This document shows, in pieces, positions 60,465-64,000 of a stretch of 64,000 nt of DNA. A program made the position numbers and the translations under genes. The notes under the pieces are model-generated. The model was not told the DNA's origin, ran no database searches, and saw only the letters and a program-made list of their open reading frames with translations. Each line of letters begins with the position of its first letter. Within the stretch, counting starts at the first letter, position 1. Origin of the DNA: Trichoplax adhaerens (taxonomy: Eukaryota; Animalia; Placozoa). Location of the stretch: the NCBI RefSeq assembly GCF_000150275.1, contig NW_002060946.1, positions 615,562-679,561 of the forward strand, read 5' to 3'.

Positions 60465-61806
60465 CTACAGTATCTGCTGTCGCCACAAATAGAAACATAA
60501 CAGCCATTGCTAGAAACTTTTCCAAATTGCACTGCTACTGTCTACATTACTATACTGTCGCCACAACTATTAAACATATCAGCCATTACTACAGACTTTT
60601 CCAAATTGCACTTTTACAGTGTTACTGTCTACTCTACTATCGCCACAAATATACAATTTAACAGCTATTACTACAGACTTCTCCTCGAAATTGCATTGCT
60701 ACCGTGGTACTGACTGTCGCCACAAATTAAAACGTAAGAGCAGTGCTCCACACAATCCAAATTGCATTGCTACAGTGGTGCCGTCTACTATGCTGTCGCC
60801 ACAAATATAAAACATTGCAGCCATTACTACAGACTTGTCCTCCAAATTGCATTGCTACAGTGGTGCTGTCTACTAGACTGTCGCCACTAATATAAAACAT
60901 TGCAGCCATTACTACAGACTTGTCCTCCAAATTGCATTGCTACCGTGGTACTGTCTACTCTACTATGGCCATAAATATAAAACGTAACAGCCATTACTAC
61001 AGACTTGTCCTTCAAATTGCATTGCTACAGTGGTACTGTCTGCTATGGCCATAAATATAAAACGTAACAGCCATTACTACAGACTTGTCCTCCAAATTGC
61101 ATTGCTACCGTGGTACTATCTACTCTACTATGGCCATAAATATAAAACGTAACAGCCATTACTACAGACTTGTCCTCCAAATTGCATTGCTACAGTGGTA
61201 CTGTCTACTAGACTGTCGCCACAAATATAAAACATAACAGCCATTACTACAGACTTCTCCTTCAAATTATACTGCTACCGTGGTACTGTCTACTAGACTC
61301 TCGCCACAAATATAAAACGTAACAGCCATTACTACAGACTTCTCCTTCAAATTATACTGCTACCGTGGTACTGTCTACTAGACTGTCGCCACAAATATAA
61401 AATATAATAGCCATTACTATAGCCTTCTCCTTCAAATTATACTGCTACCGTGGTACTGTCTACTAGACTATCGCCACAAATATAAAACATAACAGCCATG
61501 ACTATAGCCTTCTCCTTCAAATTATACTGCTACCGTGGTACTGTCTACTAGACTATCGCCACAAATATAAAACATAACAGCCATGACTATAGCCTTCTCC
61601 TTCAAATTATACTGCTACCGTGGTACTGTCTACTAGACTATCGCCACAAATATAAAATATAACAGCCATTACTATAGCCTTCTCCTTCAAATTATACTGC
61701 TACCGTGGTACTGTCTACTAGACTATCGCCACAAATATAAAACATAACAGCCATGACTACGACTTCTCCACCAAATTCCGCTATTGTAGTGGCACTGTCT
61801 ACTAAC
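60465..61806. repeat. Minisatellite, about 16 copies of an 85-bp unit
   Basis: Unit: CTGTCTACTAGACTGTCGCCACAAATATAAAACATAACAGCCATTACTACAGACTTCTCCTTCAAATTATACTGCTACCGTGGTA. The period is exactly 85 bp at 61201, 61286, 61371, 61456, 61541, 61626 and 61711. Units to the left are more degenerate (~77-85 bp). Confidence 0.97.
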
Positions 61807-62011
61807 TAGAACAAGACTGCGTTGAGCTGACTCAGTATAGCCACGATGGTTAGATAGAGTACAGCACTCACAGTGTATCCGTGTATCCCTCCTACCTGGC
61901 CGTAGGCGCGGGTCTAGCTTGCCACCAATCAAACAACGCCTATCTCACTCTGAATCATTAATTCCGTTAGGTAAACTTAGTCCTACCTCTTGATTCATTA
62001 GCCTTGAAAGC

Positions 62012-64000
62012 ATGGATTATGTCATGTTAAGAGAATCAGAAGACGGAAATAGCGAAGAAAATAACTGGCCTGATCTCTTGTTAAATGCCAGTATATCATT
62101 ACATAATAACTGGGATAAAATCGACCCGGTGGAAAATCCTTTCGTTCCTCTCGATTTACACACCGCCTCTTCTATTGGTCATTATGAACAAGTCCGAAAT
62201 TTAACGGATGGCCAACCCTTTGACGTTGTCAATAAACAAAATAAAGGTTCATTTTCCTTCGATTCCATTGATGTGATCTAGTATAGTGTGTATACAATCC
62301 AAGTTAATCTAGAAATGAGACGATAGTGTGGAAATAATATCCATGATATAGAAGTTTCAACAACAAAAATAACATGCACAATCATCGGAATAATAATCAC
62401 TTTTATTGATGACCAGCGCATACAAAGGCACATGAATTAAGATAACACAGACGATCATCGTCATAATTGTTTACTTTGATCTGATCCACTTTTAATGAGA
62501 ATCAATTTCCATTAGTTAGCCAATGAATTTCTAACTAACTCCTTTGCTATCCTTTACTGGATGATATGACACAACCGTACAGATAATAAATAACACGAAC
62601 ATGCTGTAGTCATTCTGGTTATAACTTAGAAAAATGCTTAGTTTGCTCTGTTGTCTTATTTTTATAAACTGATTTCTGTCTGTTAATAAATATCTAATTG
62701 TAGATCATTGGACACCATTAATGTATGCTTCTTATATGGGCCACGATACCACCCTTGATTTACTTTTTGAAGCTGGAGCTGATCCCAACGTCAAAACTAT
62801 TCATGGTATCACCGCATTGATGTTAGCTGCAAGCTGTGGCCATGAATCGATAGTCTACGCACTTTTACAGGTAATTGCATTCATTTTGAATAAAGATTCG
62901 CCAAGCTATGTTATACTACTTTCGATATCAACCTGAAATCCTATTCTATCATCATGCAGTAGGTTCATTGATCCCATTTTTATAATTAGGCAATAAGTGA
63001 CTCTGAATTACTAGTTTACGCGTAAATGTATATACATTTAAATGATAGCCCACTTGCTTGAAGTATCACATTTCCCCAACATCAAAGTGTCAATGAATTC
63101 ATAATTAAGTACTATTTCAAACTGAATATAAACTTTAATGATATTTTACTTGTATGATAGATCCTACTTAGGCAACGTCTCCGTTTTGAATAATTTAGAT
63201 TAAAGTACTCGTTCAAATTTGAACCCATTTTAAAACTCTTTTATAAATTTTGTTTCTAATAATATCAAGCTGACAGTAGCAATCCTACAAAATTTCCAAA
63301 ATAGCAAAAATTTTAAATAATTCATATTAAAATACACTAGAACTTCTAATTTAAAATCATATAAATCATATCCTATGCTAGTATAACCTCTCCATTTTTC
63401 CTACAACATGAAGAAATACGTATTTAATTTACGCTATTTTATATTTGTAACAATATTAAAATGTTGCAGTTGTTTTTATAAAAGTATCAAAGTTATAAAT
63501 CAATGAGAGAAAAAATTAATACGTACCCATATTCCATAACAGCACAATCTTTCCCATTGTATTACATCAAAATATTGTATGGTTCATATTAAAATATTGC
63601 ACCTATTCAAGTTTATCTTAGAAAAAGTTACCGATAATTTACTCATTAATATTGATCAAATTTAGGAGGAAAATGATGCGATAATTCAGAATAAATTGTA
63701 TACCTTAGTATATATATATATGGATGAGCTATTTAATACGGTATTTTCCATTAAATCCTTTTCACCGACATTATTAATTTTAATTAAATTAATGAGAGTA
63801 AATATAAGTAGATACTTTATAAATTACAGTGCTTTCGTAGTATTTGTTTTATGCAAATGCCTTCCTGATTTCAAATCTCTATTGGACAGTCAAATTTTAC
63901 ACAATTCTTACTCGTTCATAACTTTGATGACATGAAATAATCTCAAACTAATTTCATTTTTAATTACGTCATTTCAGCAAGGAGCAGCACCTAACGATGC
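62012..64000 (+). CDS. ANKS3: Ankyrin repeat and SAM domain-containing protein 3, 5' part (continues past the window)
   Basis: Exon 1 (~62012-62246): LLLNASISL..VPLDLHTASSIGHYEQV..NKQNK. Exon 2 (~62704-62870): HWTPLMYASYMGHDTTLDLLFEAGA..TALMLAASCGHESIVYALLQ. Exon 3 starts ~63979 with QGA. This closely tracks the ANKS3 N-terminus. Confidence 0.88.

Noticed and set aside
60278-60930. ORFs on both strands over the minisatellite
   Set aside because: They are by-products of the repeat. The unit length (85) is not a multiple of 3 and no domain is recognisable.
60465-61806. Regular array resembling CRISPR
   Set aside because: The whole 85-bp unit repeats with no unique spacers. The context is eukaryotic and there are no cas genes.

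Overview
This is a compact, AT-rich, intron-dense animal genomic window. Short GT-AG introns and early-branching-metazoan-like proteins suggest a placozoan such as Trichoplax (inference). Gene order: WDR7/rabconnectin-3beta (+, 5' end outside window), DHX37 (+), sigma-like GST A (+), LACTB (-), GH35 beta-galactosidase GLB1L-type (+), GST B (-), GST C (+), GST D (+), GST pseudogene E (+), PKNOX/Prep TALE homeobox (-), XRCC2 (-), a ~16 x 85-bp minisatellite, and ANKS3 (+, runs off the window). I found no convincing wholly new system. The best leads are: (1) a hidden 9-nt first coding exon of PKNOX 4 kb upstream, set in a dense cluster of TALE (TGACAG) sites that double as uORF starts; (2) a divergent, locally expanded GST subfamily with an exon-1-less pseudogene; (3) a 204-bp tandem duplication whose hairpins covary between copies; (4) a GH35 enzyme with a hydrophobic C-terminal tail; (5) a recurrent (TACAG)n/(CTGTA)n motif and several RFX X-boxes near gene starts. 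Exon boundaries were read by eye and may be off by a few bases.
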